A stretch of 64,000 bases of DNA, taken from an uncultured Clostridia bacterium (lineage in GTDB: Bacteria; Bacillota; Clostridia; Oscillospirales; JAAYOS01). Below, in pieces: positions 26,332-35,046 of this stretch. The DNA is taken from assembly GCA_947593925.1 (NCBI GenBank), contig CANQDU010000004.1:49834-113833 (forward strand), written 5' to 3'. The position numbers and the translations under genes are program-made. A model generated the notes under the pieces. It did no database searches and was not told where the DNA came from. It was given only the letters and a program-made list of their open reading frames with translations. The number at the start of each line of letters is the position of its first letter. The first letter of the stretch is position 1.

Positions 26332-27006
26332 ATGGCATACAGAATTTTGATAGCGGACGACGAGGAGATGCTCGTGCGCGTCCTCCGGGAGCATCTGGAG
26401 CGCGAGGGCTACGCCGTCTCCGTCGCGGAGAACGGCGCGCAGGCGCTCGACCGTCTGAACCTGCGTCCCGACCTCATCCTTCTCGACATAAACATGCCGG
26501 GGCTCGGCGGTCTCGAGCTCTGCCGCATGATACGCGACGCTGTGAGCTGCCCCATCATCTTCCTCACCGCGCGGATAACCGAGGCCGACAAGGTGCGCGG
26601 CTTCCGCGCCGGCGGCGACGACTACATCACAAAGCCGTTCGGCCTGCAGGAGCTCTCGGCGCGGATAGCGGCGCACCTCCGCCGGGACGAGCGGGTGAAA
26701 AGCGCCGGGAGTCTCGTGTCCTCCCACGGGCTCATCGTTGACCTCGCGGGCCGCAGAGTGCTCTGGAACGGCGGCGAGATACGCTTCTCTAAGCGGGAAT
26801 TTGACATCATCGAGTTCCTCATAACCAATAAGAACCAGATTTTCGACCGCGAGAGGATGTACGAGCTTGTCTGGGGACTCGATGCGGAGGGCGACAGCAG
26901 CGTGATAAAGGAGCACGTCCGCAAGATACGCGCAAAGCTCCTCGAGGCCACCGGGGAGGAGTTTATCGAGACGGTCTGGGGGATGGGATACAGATGGATA
27001 AAATGA
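26332..27006 (+). CDS. OmpR/PhoB family response regulator
   Basis: 224 aa. Receiver domain (ILIADDEE...DLILLDINMPGLGG) and winged-helix trans_reg_C (TVWGMGYRW). Confidence 0.9.
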   Translation: MAYRILIADDEEMLVRVLREHLEREGYAVSVAENGAQALDRLNLRPDLILLDINMPGLGGLELCRMIRDAVSCPIIFLTARITEADKVRGFRAGGDDYITKPFGLQELSARIAAHLRRDERVKSAGSLVSSHGLIVDLAGRRVLWNGGEIRFSKREFDIIEFLITNKNQIFDRERMYELVWGLDAEGDSSVIKEHVRKIRAKLLEATGEEFIETVWGMGYRWIK

Positions 27007-28283
27007 AAAGGAAGCCCCGGTCGCTGAAGTCGGAGTTCTTCGCCGCCGTGCTTGCGACTCTGCTCGCGGTCGCGGCGGCATCCGCGCTGACGGTCTTCGG
27101 ACTGTGGCGGTTCCGGGCGTGGCTCCTGCCCGACCCGAACGAGGTGACTCTCCGCGTCCGCGTCACGTCGGAGGACGGCGAGGAGCGCGAGTTCTCCGGC
27201 AGGCTCGAAATAGACGGCGGCGAAATGCGCCTCACCCGCCTCATAAAGTCCGAAAACGAGAGCGTGTACGACGTCTCGGACGCCGCTTTCTCCGCCGAGA
27301 GCGTGGACAGCGGCGCAAGGCTCACCGGTCCGCGCCGCCGCGCCGCGTATGTCGCGGCGGGAGCGGCAATGGTGGGGCTCCCGATGGCATATTCGCTCGC
27401 GGGGGTGCTGCTCTGCGCCGTCCGCTTCTACCGCAAGAGGCTCTCGCCCGCCATCACCGCCCTCGACGACGCGGCGCGGCACATCTCCGAGCAGGATCTC
27501 GACTTCACGGTTCCCTGTCCGACGAGGAACGAGCTCGGGCGGCTCTGTCTCTCATTCGAGCGGATGCGCGCGGCGCTCTACGACAACAATCTGCGCCTCT
27601 GGCGGACGCTCGAGGGCCGGCGGACGATGCAGGCGTCGGTCGCGCACGATCTCCGAAACCCCATCGCCATCATGGAAGGGACGGTCGAGCACGTCCGCGC
27701 GCTCGAGGACGCGGGCGCGCTCACGCCGGAGGCGCTCCGTTCCTCCCTTTCCGTCCTCGCGGAGACCTCGAAGCGGATGGAGCGCTACACCGACTGCATC
27801 CGCGACCTCGACGCCATAGAGGACATCGAGCCGGACATACGCGAGACCGCGCTTTCCGAGTTCCTTGTCGGAGCGGCGGAGAGCGTTCGAGTGATAGCGG
27901 ACGCGAAGGGTCTCGATACGGATATTCGGTGCGACGTGGCGGACTGCCGCGCCATGCTCGACCGCGAGATCTTCTACCGCGTGCTTGAGAACGTGTTCTC
28001 AAACGCGGCGCGCTACGCCAAAAGCCGCGTCACGCTTGAGTTTGAGCTTCGGAGCGGCGTGCTTGCGGCACGAGTCGCGGACGACGGGCCGGGCTTTTCC
28101 GCGCGCATGCTCCGCAAGAAGAACAGCCTCTACTACTCGGAGGACGAGGCCGGCGGGCACATGGGTCTCGGTCTCGCCACAAGCAGGATACTCTGTGAGA
28201 AGCACGGAGGCGGGATCGCGCTTGCGAACCGTCCCGAGGGAGGCGCGGAGGTGACGATGACCTTCGCCGTGCGTGTTTTGTGA
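26994..28283 (+). CDS. Sensor histidine kinase (2 TM, HAMP-like, HisKA, HATPase_c)
   Basis: 429 aa. H-box SVAHDLRNPIA, N/G boxes FSNAARYA and GGHMGLGLATS. An alternative start is ATG 27003 (ATGA overlap with the RR stop). Confidence 0.85.
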   Translation: MDKMKRKPRSLKSEFFAAVLATLLAVAAASALTVFGLWRFRAWLLPDPNEVTLRVRVTSEDGEEREFSGRLEIDGGEMRLTRLIKSENESVYDVSDAAFSAESVDSGARLTGPRRRAAYVAAGAAMVGLPMAYSLAGVLLCAVRFYRKRLSPAITALDDAARHISEQDLDFTVPCPTRNELGRLCLSFERMRAALYDNNLRLWRTLEGRRTMQASVAHDLRNPIAIMEGTVEHVRALEDAGALTPEALRSSLSVLAETSKRMERYTDCIRDLDAIEDIEPDIRETALSEFLVGAAESVRVIADAKGLDTDIRCDVADCRAMLDREIFYRVLENVFSNAARYAKSRVTLEFELRSGVLAARVADDGPGFSARMLRKKNSLYYSEDEAGGHMGLGLATSRILCEKHGGGIALANRPEGGAEVTMTFAVRVL

Positions 28284-28361
28284 CGAGCGTCTGCGGGCAA
28301 GCCGCCTTGTGCGGCAAGCCCATGCGACGCACGGGGCTCCGTCACCCCGCAAAAAAAGGAT

Positions 28362-28394
28362 AAAGCGGGAGGGGCGTTTCGCCCCTCCCGCTTT
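28362..28394. terminator. Bidirectional terminator between HK gene and SLH protein gene
   Basis: AAAGCGGGAGGGGC-GTTTC-GCCCCTCCCGCTTT with a flanking A-run and T-run. Confidence 0.85.
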
Positions 28395-28435
28395 GCCGCA
28401 TTTTTTGTTGTGCCAAGATGTGCTATGTTGTGCGC

Positions 28436-31400
28436 TTACTTTACGATATTCTCGCAGAAGCGCATGAGTATCGTCGCGATCTGCGCGCGAATCGCTCCGC
28501 CGGACGGTGCGAGCGTCGTCTCGGTCGTGCCGTTGATGAGCTCGGTTCCGACGGCCCAGCTCATCGGGGCGGTCGCGTAGCTCTGGACGCTCGCCGCGTC
28601 GGTGTAGGCCGTAAGCTCAGCGGTGGTCGTGACGTCGTACTTCTTGTATGTCGCGTAGCGATAGAGTATCGTAGCTGCTTCCTCACGGGTGAGGTCGCGG
28701 TCGGGACGGAAGGTTCCGTCGCCGTAGCCGCCGACTATCTCGTTCGCCGCCGCCCAGTTGATGGCGTCGGAGTACCACTCGCCCGCCGGGACGTCGCTGA
28801 ACGGAATGCTCTTCGTGACAGCCGGCTCACCGTCGAGACGGTAGAGGATAGTGACGAGCATCGCACGGTCGGTCTGATCGTTCGGCGCGAACGTCGTCTC
28901 GCCGGTGCCGCCCATGAGGCCCTTCTCGACGACGTAGTCGATGGCGTCAACGTACCACGCGTCCTTGACAACGTCGGTGAACTTCGCGGACGGAGCGGGC
29001 TTCGTGCCCTCGACGAACGTGGCCTTGACGGTCGCGCCGCCGGCGGGCATCGTGAAGCTGTAAGTTCCGTCGGCGTTCTTCGTGACGGTCACAGCCGTGC
29101 CGGTGCCGTTCTGAGTGGCGGTGACGGTATCGACAGTGTAGCCTTCCTTCGGGGTGACGGTGACGGTGATCGTCGTGCCCGCGGTCGCGCTCCTCGGCGA
29201 GACCGAGACGGTGCCGTTCGGGTTCGCCGGGACGGTCACGGTGTAGGTCGGGTTGGTGGAAGCATAGTAGCCGCTGAGGGTCACGGTGTAGGCATAGGCG
29301 TCGCCGCTAGCGGTTGCAGTCTTGTTTGCGTTCCAGAAGTTAGCTCCGTCTTTGAGGGTGAAGCCTTCGGGATGAGCGTTCAGAGCGGTTTCAAGAGCGT
29401 CCGCACCAACATAGATGGTCTGATCCGTGCCGTCTACCTTCTCGCCCTTAGTGTAGGTCACCTTGTAGACCTCGAGAGTGGCGGTGCTGGCGGCAGTGCT
29501 TTCGCTCTGCTTCGTCAGAGTAACAGTGTACTTGCCCTGGAAGTCAGTGGCCGGGATATTGCCCTTTTCATTCTGATAGCCGGGTGTGAAGTAGACGATG
29601 CCACCCTCGGTGACGCCGGGAACTGTCTCGGTATACTCCTGTTCGCCCTTGGCAAACTCAACCTCGTATTCCGCTCCGGGTTCTTCCTTAGCGCTGAACG
29701 CGGCGTAGAAGGTGTTGTCAACGCAGTCCTTGATGCCGTCGGCGCCCCACGTCTTTCCCGCGCCCTTGGCCGTCTCAGCCAAGCCGTTCAGATAATCGTT
29801 GTCAGCCTCAGTCAGGAAGCCTGCAGCGACGATTGCCGCCTTACCTTCAATTACACTAATTTCAGCAGTTTTGTTGTCTTCCGCCAACTGCTGCTCAGCT
29901 TCAACAACGGAGGTAAAGTAGCCGTACTCGGTGCCGTCGCCGATGTTGGCCTCGGTGTTCAGGCTCGGATCAAGCAGCTTAGTCCCCTTCAGCGAGGAGG
30001 AGTAATATCCGCCCTTGACGGTGAGGGTCGGAGTCTCTGCTATCTCCGATTTATCCTCGCCGTCCTCGCTGTACACGACAGCGGCCTTGTCCTCTTCGGC
30101 CTTGAACTCGCCGCCGGAAAGGGTGGTGGATCCATTACCATAGCCGGTGCCGGACTTATCCACGACCACGGCAGCGGGCTCGACTTCCACTTTCTTGCTG
30201 CTAGCCTCGGCGTCGCCGACAACCAACTTATCGGTGCCGGTAGCGGTGACATTGCCGCCGGTGACGTCCAGCTTACCGCCGCGGGACACGATGCCGGCCT
30301 TGCCGGTGATGTCGCCCTCGCTCATATCGAGCTCGCCGTTGGGCAGATACACACCCGCGGACCCGGTGCTAGTGATGGTGCCGCCCTTGATCTCAATCTT
30401 GGCGCCCGCCTGTGTCTTGCTGCCGTTGGTGGCGATGCCGAAAGCCTCGGCGTTGATGACGCCGCCGTTGACGGTCAGCTTGCCGGTGCCGAACACGCCC
30501 ACGCCGGACTCGTCCGCCGTGATGGTGCCGCCGTTGATGGTGAGCGTACCGCCGTTGGTGGCAACAGCCGTGTCGTTCTTGGTGTCCTCGCTGCCGGTCT
30601 GCTCGATCTTCACGCTGTTCTCAATGGTGAGGCTGGCAGACTCAGCAAAGGTCGCGATCAGGGTGCCGTTGCCCTTAATTGTACCGATGCCCTTGAGGGT
30701 CAGGCTGCCATTTTTGTCGATCTTGATACCGGCAATGCCGTCCGGCATACCCTCGGTCGCTTTGGTCGCAGCATTCGCAGCAGGCTTGGTCATGGTCTTG
30801 CCGTTCAGGTCGATGACAACGCCGGTCGTGATGACGATGCGGCCTGTTCCATCAGCGCCAGTGCCCGGCAGAGTGATGTCCTTCTCGAGCTTGATGGTCT
30901 TACCGCCCTCGGCGGCCTTGATGGCACGTGCAAGGGTCTTGTAGTAAGTAGTAGTGTTGTTATAGGTGATGGACGCCTCGGCATCTTTCTGCTCGACCGC
31001 CGTCGTCGTAACCTTGCCGATTGTATCGATCTCCGACTCTTCGGGCAGATACTTGTTGACGTTTGCGTTATCCACCGTCTCGCCTGCCTTGAAGGTGCCG
31101 CCGGTAATCTCGAACGGGGAGTTCTCGACCTTGTCACTACCCGTGTTCATCTCTGTTCCATTATCAGCGGCAACAATAGACTTGCCGCTAGCGGCGCCCT
31201 TGATGGTTGCGTCGCCGGAAATGTTCACGTGCAGCTGGCCGTTCTTCTGGTTGGTGTAGTCGGCGTAGTCAACGGTGATACCCGCGGCAGGAACTGCATG
31301 CCCGGCGTCGCCGATGGTGACCTCTTCCGTGCCGGTAGCCTCGACGGTGCCGCCGGTGACGTTCAGCTCTCCGCCGCGCACAACGATACCGGCAGCGCCA

Positions 31401-32569
31401 GTGATTTCAGCCTTGTCGCTGACGTTCATCTTGCCGGAGGGCAGATACACGCCGACGCCGGTCTTACCGCCCTCGGTATTGCCGACGACCTTACCGCCGG
31501 AAACATTGACGGTGACGCCGTTGAAATCACCACCAAAGGTGCCGACGCCAAAAGCGTCGCCCTTAACTGTGCCACCGGCGATGTTGACCTCGGACTGAGA
31601 GGCCGGATAAATGCCACATCTACCTTCGACCGTGCCGCCGCTGACGATAACAGTACCACCCTCGGCCATGCCGTTGCCATTGGCTTGGATACCGGCCTCA
31701 GCGCCCTTGATCGTGGCTTCTGCGCTGACCTTGACCTGACCGGCGCCCCACACGGTAACGCCATAAGGGCCATTCTTCGGTGATGTATCTTCGTTTGTGG
31801 TAGAAATAGTTCCGCCCGTCGCGTTGAGTACGCCGGTGCTGGAGACGGAGACTACGGCGTGATTCGCGGGAACGATGCCCTCGATCTTGCCTCCCTCCAT
31901 GTTGAAGGTGCCATGTACATCGACTATATCTGCCGCTGGATCTGTCTCCTCCACTTTCCGAGAGATGTCGCCCTTAATCGTTCCGCTCTTGAGGTTTACC
32001 GTTGAACCGTCGGCGGCAACAAGAACAGAGCAGTTAGATTTGCCCTGCGTAATGGTGGCATTCTCGCCATTGATCGTCAGGGTCGATTCGCTTCCGACAT
32101 ATATGGTTGCCACTTGAGCTGTGTTCCACGTTGTATTGGTATACGGATACCCACCGGCACCGCCACCCTGTATAAAGTTACCACCCTCAATAGTAAGTTC
32201 AGCTCCCCCATCAACTACGATCAAGTTGCTCGTGTTATTATGGGTTACACTATTATTTACTATATTACTTGTATTTTGCGAGTCCTTTATGGTCAGTTTC
32301 GTGCCGGTTCCGGTCACTTGAAACGCCATGCCACCTACGGCAAAATGTTTGCCCGCGAGGTCGATAGTGTTTGTGCCTTCGGTAAATTTGATGTACTTGC
32401 TACCAGAATAGTCTTTTGTTAGGGTAATGACGTCACCCTTCATTTCGTACCCATCACTACCAAGCACCGTCTGGTAAGAATAGTCCTCTGCTGCCGCGAA
32501 AGCCACAGTCGGGAGCATTGCCACGACCATGACAAGCGCCAGCACAAGTGCTAAAACCTTCTTACGCAT
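28436..32569 (-). CDS. Large secreted cell-wall protein: signal peptide, long Gly/Thr-rich beta-helix-like repeat region, Ig-like/bacterial-repeat domain, three C-terminal SLH domains
   Basis: The true start is ATG 32569 (MRKKVLALVLALVMVVAMLPTVAFA, RBS AAAGGAGAA), not the track start 32989. There are recurrent xGG(T/K)(V/I)x(G/A) turns (VSGGTVEG, IAGGTVKG, VTGGTVEATG, INGGTITA, IKGGTITS...). Three SLH repeats occupy the last 181 aa (28439-28981: FTDV...LYRL, FSDV...LYRY, YTDA...LMRF). Confidence 0.85.
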   Translation of the reverse strand: MRKKVLALVLALVMVVAMLPTVAFAAAEDYSYQTVLGSDGYEMKGDVITLTKDYSGSKYIKFTEGTNTIDLAGKHFAVGGMAFQVTGTGTKLTIKDSQNTSNIVNNSVTHNNTSNLIVVDGGAELTIEGGNFIQGGGAGGYPYTNTTWNTAQVATIYVGSESTLTINGENATITQGKSNCSVLVAADGSTVNLKSGTIKGDISRKVEETDPAADIVDVHGTFNMEGGKIEGIVPANHAVVSVSSTGVLNATGGTISTTNEDTSPKNGPYGVTVWGAGQVKVSAEATIKGAEAGIQANGNGMAEGGTVIVSGGTVEGRCGIYPASQSEVNIAGGTVKGDAFGVGTFGGDFNGVTVNVSGGKVVGNTEGGKTGVGVYLPSGKMNVSDKAEITGAAGIVVRGGELNVTGGTVEATGTEEVTIGDAGHAVPAAGITVDYADYTNQKNGQLHVNISGDATIKGAASGKSIVAADNGTEMNTGSDKVENSPFEITGGTFKAGETVDNANVNKYLPEESEIDTIGKVTTTAVEQKDAEASITYNNTTTYYKTLARAIKAAEGGKTIKLEKDITLPGTGADGTGRIVITTGVVIDLNGKTMTKPAANAATKATEGMPDGIAGIKIDKNGSLTLKGIGTIKGNGTLIATFAESASLTIENSVKIEQTGSEDTKNDTAVATNGGTLTINGGTITADESGVGVFGTGKLTVNGGVINAEAFGIATNGSKTQAGAKIEIKGGTITSTGSAGVYLPNGELDMSEGDITGKAGIVSRGGKLDVTGGNVTATGTDKLVVGDAEASSKKVEVEPAAVVVDKSGTGYGNGSTTLSGGEFKAEEDKAAVVYSEDGEDKSEIAETPTLTVKGGYYSSSLKGTKLLDPSLNTEANIGDGTEYGYFTSVVEAEQQLAEDNKTAEISVIEGKAAIVAAGFLTEADNDYLNGLAETAKGAGKTWGADGIKDCVDNTFYAAFSAKEEPGAEYEVEFAKGEQEYTETVPGVTEGGIVYFTPGYQNEKGNIPATDFQGKYTVTLTKQSESTAASTATLEVYKVTYTKGEKVDGTDQTIYVGADALETALNAHPEGFTLKDGANFWNANKTATASGDAYAYTVTLSGYYASTNPTYTVTVPANPNGTVSVSPRSATAGTTITVTVTPKEGYTVDTVTATQNGTGTAVTVTKNADGTYSFTMPAGGATVKATFVEGTKPAPSAKFTDVVKDAWYVDAIDYVVEKGLMGGTGETTFAPNDQTDRAMLVTILYRLDGEPAVTKSIPFSDVPAGEWYSDAINWAAANEIVGGYGDGTFRPDRDLTREEAATILYRYATYKKYDVTTTAELTAYTDAASVQSYATAPMSWAVGTELINGTTETTLAPSGGAIRAQIATILMRFCENIVK

Positions 32570-32794
32570 TGTTTTGTTTTCTCCTTTCGAACTTTCATTC
32601 AGAATTGTCGGGGAGCTTTTTGCAGCCCTCCGCCCTCTCATACTCCGCCGGGACAACGGAATCGCGGGCTGCGGCAAGCCCGTTTTCCCGTTGTTCCAGC
32701 AGACTCTGAAAGGAGACGGAGTCGCTGTAAGAAAGCTACTCCTCCCGGCGCTTCGCTCTCTCAAAGCACCGGGAGCGGCCGCTTTCAGGCTGTT

Positions 32795-32955
32795 TGCGAA
32801 AAACTCTACTTTTTGGCAGGTTGCGGGACAGCTGAAAGAGGCCGAAAATTCCCTAAAATTTTTATGAAAAAAGACTAGCATTTTCAATTTGAAAGTGATA
32901 TAATTAGGCAAAACGATGTAAGGGTCGAGTTTGCGGAAAAGTAGAGTTTTTCGCA
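32795..32955. promoter_or_regulatory. Perfect 19-bp inverted repeats flanking a 123-bp AT-rich segment with promoter elements; candidate invertible switch or leader stem
   Basis: TGCGAAAAACTCTACTTTT at 32795-32813 and its exact reverse complement at 32937-32955. Inside are the extended -10 TGATATAAT (32896-32904, + strand) and TTGAAA (32887-32882, - strand). The repeat itself is certain; the function is an inference. Confidence 0.45.
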
Positions 32956-33018
32956 GATTTTCACTGCACTTTTTCGCCTTAAAATACAAAATCTGATTGT
33001 GAGTGCTTTCCCGATGCG

Positions 33019-33050
33019 CAAAAAAGCCGCCTGTCTCGCGACAGGCGGCT
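33019..33050 (-). terminator. Terminator of the solute-binding protein gene
   Basis: The minus strand reads AGCCGCCTGTC-GCGA-GACAGGCGGCT followed by TTTTTT. Confidence 0.8.
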
Positions 33051-33150
33051 GTGTTTTTGTGCGGTCATACGAAGGGGGCGGCGCTTGCGCGCCGCCCCCT
33101 TGTCATTCAGTCATTCCCCGCGGAAATCTCACACTAAACCGTTCCGACAA

Positions 33151-34902
33151 TTAGTCGTCGATGTACTGGAGACGTCCGTAGTAGCGGCTCAGAGCTGCCT
33201 GATACATGTCGATGGCGGTCTGGATGCCTATCTGATCCTTCAGCATCGGAACCAGCTCGGTATCGTAGGTATCTACGCTCTTCTCGCCGGTGATGACCTC
33301 GGCGGCCCATTCGACGACCGCGCTGTTCGCGGAGGTCATGATACCGCTCGCGGTGTTGCCTTCCTCAGCGGTGAGGGTGACGCCATCCGGCCACAGCCAG
33401 TCGCTGCCGACGGAGTCCCAAGTGTTGGCGGCGTCAACTTCCTTCTGGGAGAGGACGGTGAACTCACGGTCCCAGATGTAGAGCTGCGGGCCGTTGTGGA
33501 TAGCGAACTTGTTCATGAAGTTCACGCAGGTCTGATACTTGTCCATCATCCACATCTGATAGACTTCCTCGTGTCCGTCGCCGTTGGCGTCGGTCGGGTC
33601 GAGGTAGTAGGAGGAGTTGGTGTCGCCCTCCGGGCCGACATACGGACCCCAGTTGGAGGCGGTGATGCCCTCATCGGTCCAGATGAAGTCCTGATACTTG
33701 AGCGCTATGTCGAGCGGCTCGCAGGCGGTGGTGACGCCGAGCGAGTTGTTGACGCGGACGACGTTGAAGCTCTCACGGCAGTGGAAGTCGGTCTCCCAGT
33801 TCTGGCTGGCGTCAAGCTTCGGGGTCGGGATAGCGACTATCTCGAAGTCGGGATCCGGATACTCGCCGGAGGCGTTGATCTGCTTGAGCATCGCAAGCGA
33901 GGCGTACATGACGTCTCCGCAGCCCATGAAGCCGTTTGCCCAGTAGTCATCCGGGGAAGCCCAGTTGTTCTCGGCGATGTAGTTCCTGTTGACGAGGCCC
34001 TTCTGATACCAGTCGGCCATCTTTCCTATGAACTCCTTGTAGCCGGGCTCAAGAGGAGTGTAAACAGCCGTGCCGTCCTTGTTGAGGAAAGGCATCTGGA
34101 GAGGGCCGGTCACGTTGTAGGAGCCGATGAGCGAGCCGGAATAGGTCGAGGAACCCGTGGAGAGGAAGAGCGGGCCCTGTCCCTCGGTGGTGTAGTCCTT
34201 GAAGACGGTAAGCGCGTTCTCGAGGCCGTCCATCGTCGCAACATCGTCGGTGGTGAGGCCGGCGTCGCTCAGCCAGTCGGCACGGATGCCGGTGCCTATC
34301 CACGAGCCCTGCTGACGGTCGAGTATGCAGTGGACGCCCCAGAGGTTACCGGAGTCGCTGACGCACTGCATGAAGGTGTCGTCATTGCGGTAGACCTGCT
34401 TGAGGTAGTTCGGCATGTACTGCTCCGCCGGCTCATTGAGCCTGAGCAGGAATCCGTCGGCTATCGCCTTGTCAACGCCGCCGGTGTAGTAGCGCTGGAC
34501 GTAGCTGACGAAGTCCGGATAGTCGTTGGAGAGCAGCATGGTCGAGAAGTTCTCGGTCTCGCCGCCGACGGGAGGCGTGAGCCAGTTGATGTGGACGTTG
34601 GTCTTCTCCTCCATCCACTGGAAGAAGACGTTGTCCGCAGTACCGTTGTAGCCCTCGAAGCTGTAATTGTCGGGATGCCACCAGTCGAGAGTGATGACGT
34701 CCTCGCTCAGCGGGAGCTCTATTTCGGCTCCTTCATGAGCGGGAGGCTCGTCGCTCGGCTCGTCGGTGGTGGGCTCGGTGCTCGTGGTTCCGGTCGGAGC
34801 GGAGCTGGGCGGTGTAGAGGTCTTTTCCTCTCCTCCGCCGCATCCGACGAGCAGTCCGGCAAGCATCAACACGGCGAGCAGCAAGCATAGTGTTTTTTTC
34901 AT
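33151..34902 (-). CDS. ABC transporter extracellular solute-binding lipoprotein (family 1, large sugar-binding type)
   Basis: Start ATG 34902 (MKKTLCLLLAVLMLAGLLVGCGGG lipobox), 583 aa. No permease or ATPase genes are adjacent. Confidence 0.8.
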   Translation of the reverse strand: MKKTLCLLLAVLMLAGLLVGCGGGEEKTSTPPSSAPTGTTSTEPTTDEPSDEPPAHEGAEIELPLSEDVITLDWWHPDNYSFEGYNGTADNVFFQWMEEKTNVHINWLTPPVGGETENFSTMLLSNDYPDFVSYVQRYYTGGVDKAIADGFLLRLNEPAEQYMPNYLKQVYRNDDTFMQCVSDSGNLWGVHCILDRQQGSWIGTGIRADWLSDAGLTTDDVATMDGLENALTVFKDYTTEGQGPLFLSTGSSTYSGSLIGSYNVTGPLQMPFLNKDGTAVYTPLEPGYKEFIGKMADWYQKGLVNRNYIAENNWASPDDYWANGFMGCGDVMYASLAMLKQINASGEYPDPDFEIVAIPTPKLDASQNWETDFHCRESFNVVRVNNSLGVTTACEPLDIALKYQDFIWTDEGITASNWGPYVGPEGDTNSSYYLDPTDANGDGHEEVYQMWMMDKYQTCVNFMNKFAIHNGPQLYIWDREFTVLSQKEVDAANTWDSVGSDWLWPDGVTLTAEEGNTASGIMTSANSAVVEWAAEVITGEKSVDTYDTELVPMLKDQIGIQTAIDMYQAALSRYYGRLQYIDD

Positions 34903-35046
34903 GTGATTACTTCCCTTCATTTTATTTCGATACAAGTTGCCTTGTACTGATATGGTAATTATAACACCTTTCACAAAAAAGCGTCAAGCATTGCTCAGAA
35001 AAATAGCCAGTTTTACTTGTTTGGGATACGATTTTCCAAGGTATGG

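Noticed and set aside
28418-31783. 1121-aa ORF on the + strand, the second longest ORF in the window
   Set aside because: It is entirely antisense to the SLH surface-protein gene. The translation is Gly/Ala/Val/Arg-rich low complexity (mirror codons of a Gly/Thr/Val-rich protein), with no RBS and no recognisable domain. The minus-strand ORF has a signal peptide, an RBS and SLH domains.
26332-32569. The OmpR/HK pair as dedicated regulator of the adjacent giant SLH protein gene
   Set aside because: The genes are convergent and separated by a strong bidirectional terminator (28362-28394), and the SLH promoter region is 4 kb away on the other side. Adjacency alone is not evidence, so this is left as an untested possibility.
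32570-32794. Riboswitch (for example c-di-GMP class I/II) in the ~230-nt leader between the left inverted repeat and the SLH start codon
   Set aside because: I read the minus-strand leader for the conserved GEMM or c-di-GMP-II cores and for other common riboswitch motifs and found none recognisable. It is GC-rich with several possible stems, but nothing diagnostic. An Infernal/Rfam scan would be the decisive test.
32570-32989. N-terminal 140-aa extension of the SLH protein ORF (the track calls 1517 aa)
   Set aside because: The extension crosses the AT-rich switch region and has no RBS or signal peptide. ATG 32569 is preceded by AAAGGAGAA and begins a textbook signal peptide.
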